From: Escherichia phage 235Ecol030PP
Reading direction: 5' to 3' (one strand)
Sequence record: PP355091.1
Length of the DNA stretch: 64,000 nucleotides
Part shown: piece after piece, positions 63,062-64,000 of the stretch
Layout: each line of letters begins with the position of its first letter
Numbering within the stretch: position 1 is the stretch's first letter
Position numbers and translations under genes: made by a program
The notes under the pieces: generated by a model
The model's database searches: none
Seen by the model: only the letters and a program-made list of their open reading frames with translations
What the model was told of the DNA's origin: nothing

Positions 63062-64000
63062 TTATTTAAATTGTTCAGTAACGTCTTCAACTACTTCGTA
63101 TTGGCAGGTACGCATTTTAGCATCGTTGTAATCAATCGGAATTGATACTACATCACGCGGATGTACTTTAACTTTTACAACTCGGCTGGTTGAACTGCCA
63201 AAGTGACGAATATAAGATTTAGAACACACATGCAGACCACGAGAACAAGTTTGTGTATCATCGTCATTCACACGAGTACGTGGCATTTTAACTACTTTAC
63301 CAGGACTGTTATCAAAGGTGTTTGAGTGACAGTCAAAGTAGTTGTCACGAACTACTTTCCAAGCATAGAAGTAACCATCTTCTGTAATTTCAATATCGTT
63401 TGCTACCAAGAAATCAAAGAGTCGAGATACCGCTTTTTGGCTTGGGTTTTCCAGCAGATTTTCCAAGAACGGAAAATAAAATTCAAAGTTTTCGCCTTTT
63501 TCCATCGAGTCAAGAATACGATCAACCAAACCAGACCGCAATTCAATATTTTGATAGAACAAGCTTCCACCTTCAATTCGAACATCACCGGAAATATATT
63601 TTTCAACAGCGCGACGAACATTAATTTTTTGTGCAGCTTCTTCCAGCTTATCCTCTACAAGCAGATTAAGAATTTCCTGGAAGTTTGAATGAGTATTAGG
63701 AGTTGCGTTATAAGTTACACCGTCAACAGTAATTGAAATGAATTTTTTAGATGCATTCCAAATAATGTCAGATTTAGCAACTGGAGCAATAACTGCATCG
63801 CTATTAACTTTAACTGTAATATCACCGCTAATAGTAACTTTAGGGCGTTTAGCTTCTTCAGCGTTTTTCAAAACACGACGGATTGTGTCAACCGATACAC
63901 CTTGCCAATCAGCCAATTCCTGTTGGGTGTAATTACCACTTGAATACAGTTTAACAATTTCAGCTTGTTCGTTTTTGGTCAGGCATTTAATATTGTACAT
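63062..64000 (-). CDS. rIIB: RIIB membrane-associated protein
   Basis: 312 aa, T4 length; ATG is the last three bases of the window. Confidence 0.9.
   Translation of the reverse strand: MYNIKCLTKNEQAEIVKLYSSGNYTQQELADWQGVSVDTIRRVLKNAEEAKRPKVTISGDITVKVNSDAVIAPVAKSDIIWNASKKFISITVDGVTYNATPNTHSNFQEILNLLVEDKLEEAAQKINVRRAVEKYISGDVRIEGGSLFYQNIELRSGLVDRILDSMEKGENFEFYFPFLENLLENPSQKAVSRLFDFLVANDIEITEDGYFYAWKVVRDNYFDCHSNTFDNSPGKVVKMPRTRVNDDDTQTCSRGLHVCSKSYIRHFGSSTSRVVKVKVHPRDVVSIPIDYNDAKMRTCQYEVVEDVTEQFK

Overview
This window is a contiguous ~64 kb segment of a T4-like (T-even, Tequatrovirus-type) bacteriophage genome, colinear with the T4 map from gene 22 through rIIB. Identification rests on reading the supplied six-frame translations and the DNA by eye; no database search was run. 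Late structural genes lie on the + strand (head 22/23/24, baseplate 51/27/28/29/48/54, long tail fibre 34-38, holin t). Early and middle genes lie on the - strand (alt, DNA ligase 30, rIII, 31, cd, pseT, alc, rnlA, denA, nrdB, nrdA, td, frd, 32, 59, 33, dsbA, rnh, asiA, arn, motA, 52, ac, stp, ndd, denB, rIIB). I found no tRNA, rRNA or CRISPR array. Non-coding features are: two group I introns (nrdB carrying an intact HNH homing endonuclease; td with no ORF), many GC-stem tetraloop hairpins acting as terminators, sigma70-type early promoter cassettes, TATAAATA late promoters, one MotA-box middle promoter (uvsY), and the gene 32 translational operator pseudoknot. The most notable departures from the T4 reference as I remember it are: (1) a T2-type receptor module, with gp37 carrying a C-terminal self-cleaving chaperone-like domain and gp38 a glycine-rich adhesin; (2) an ORF-less td intron alongside an ORF-containing nrdB intron, with no seg/mob endonuclease genes at the junctions where T4 has them; (3) a 68-codon ORF wedged between frd and td; (4) Hoc with a fourth Ig-like domain; (5) a decayed copy of the alt 5' end; (6) a near-identical promoter-leader cassette duplicated 14 kb apart; (7) a NADAR/YbiA-like protein (30.3). 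I saw no obviously novel multi-gene system; the findings are comparative observations, not a new system. Start codons for small ORFs are mostly taken from the ORF track, which includes TTG/GTG starts, and were adjusted only where a Shine-Dalgarno plus ATG or a T4-matching length supported it.
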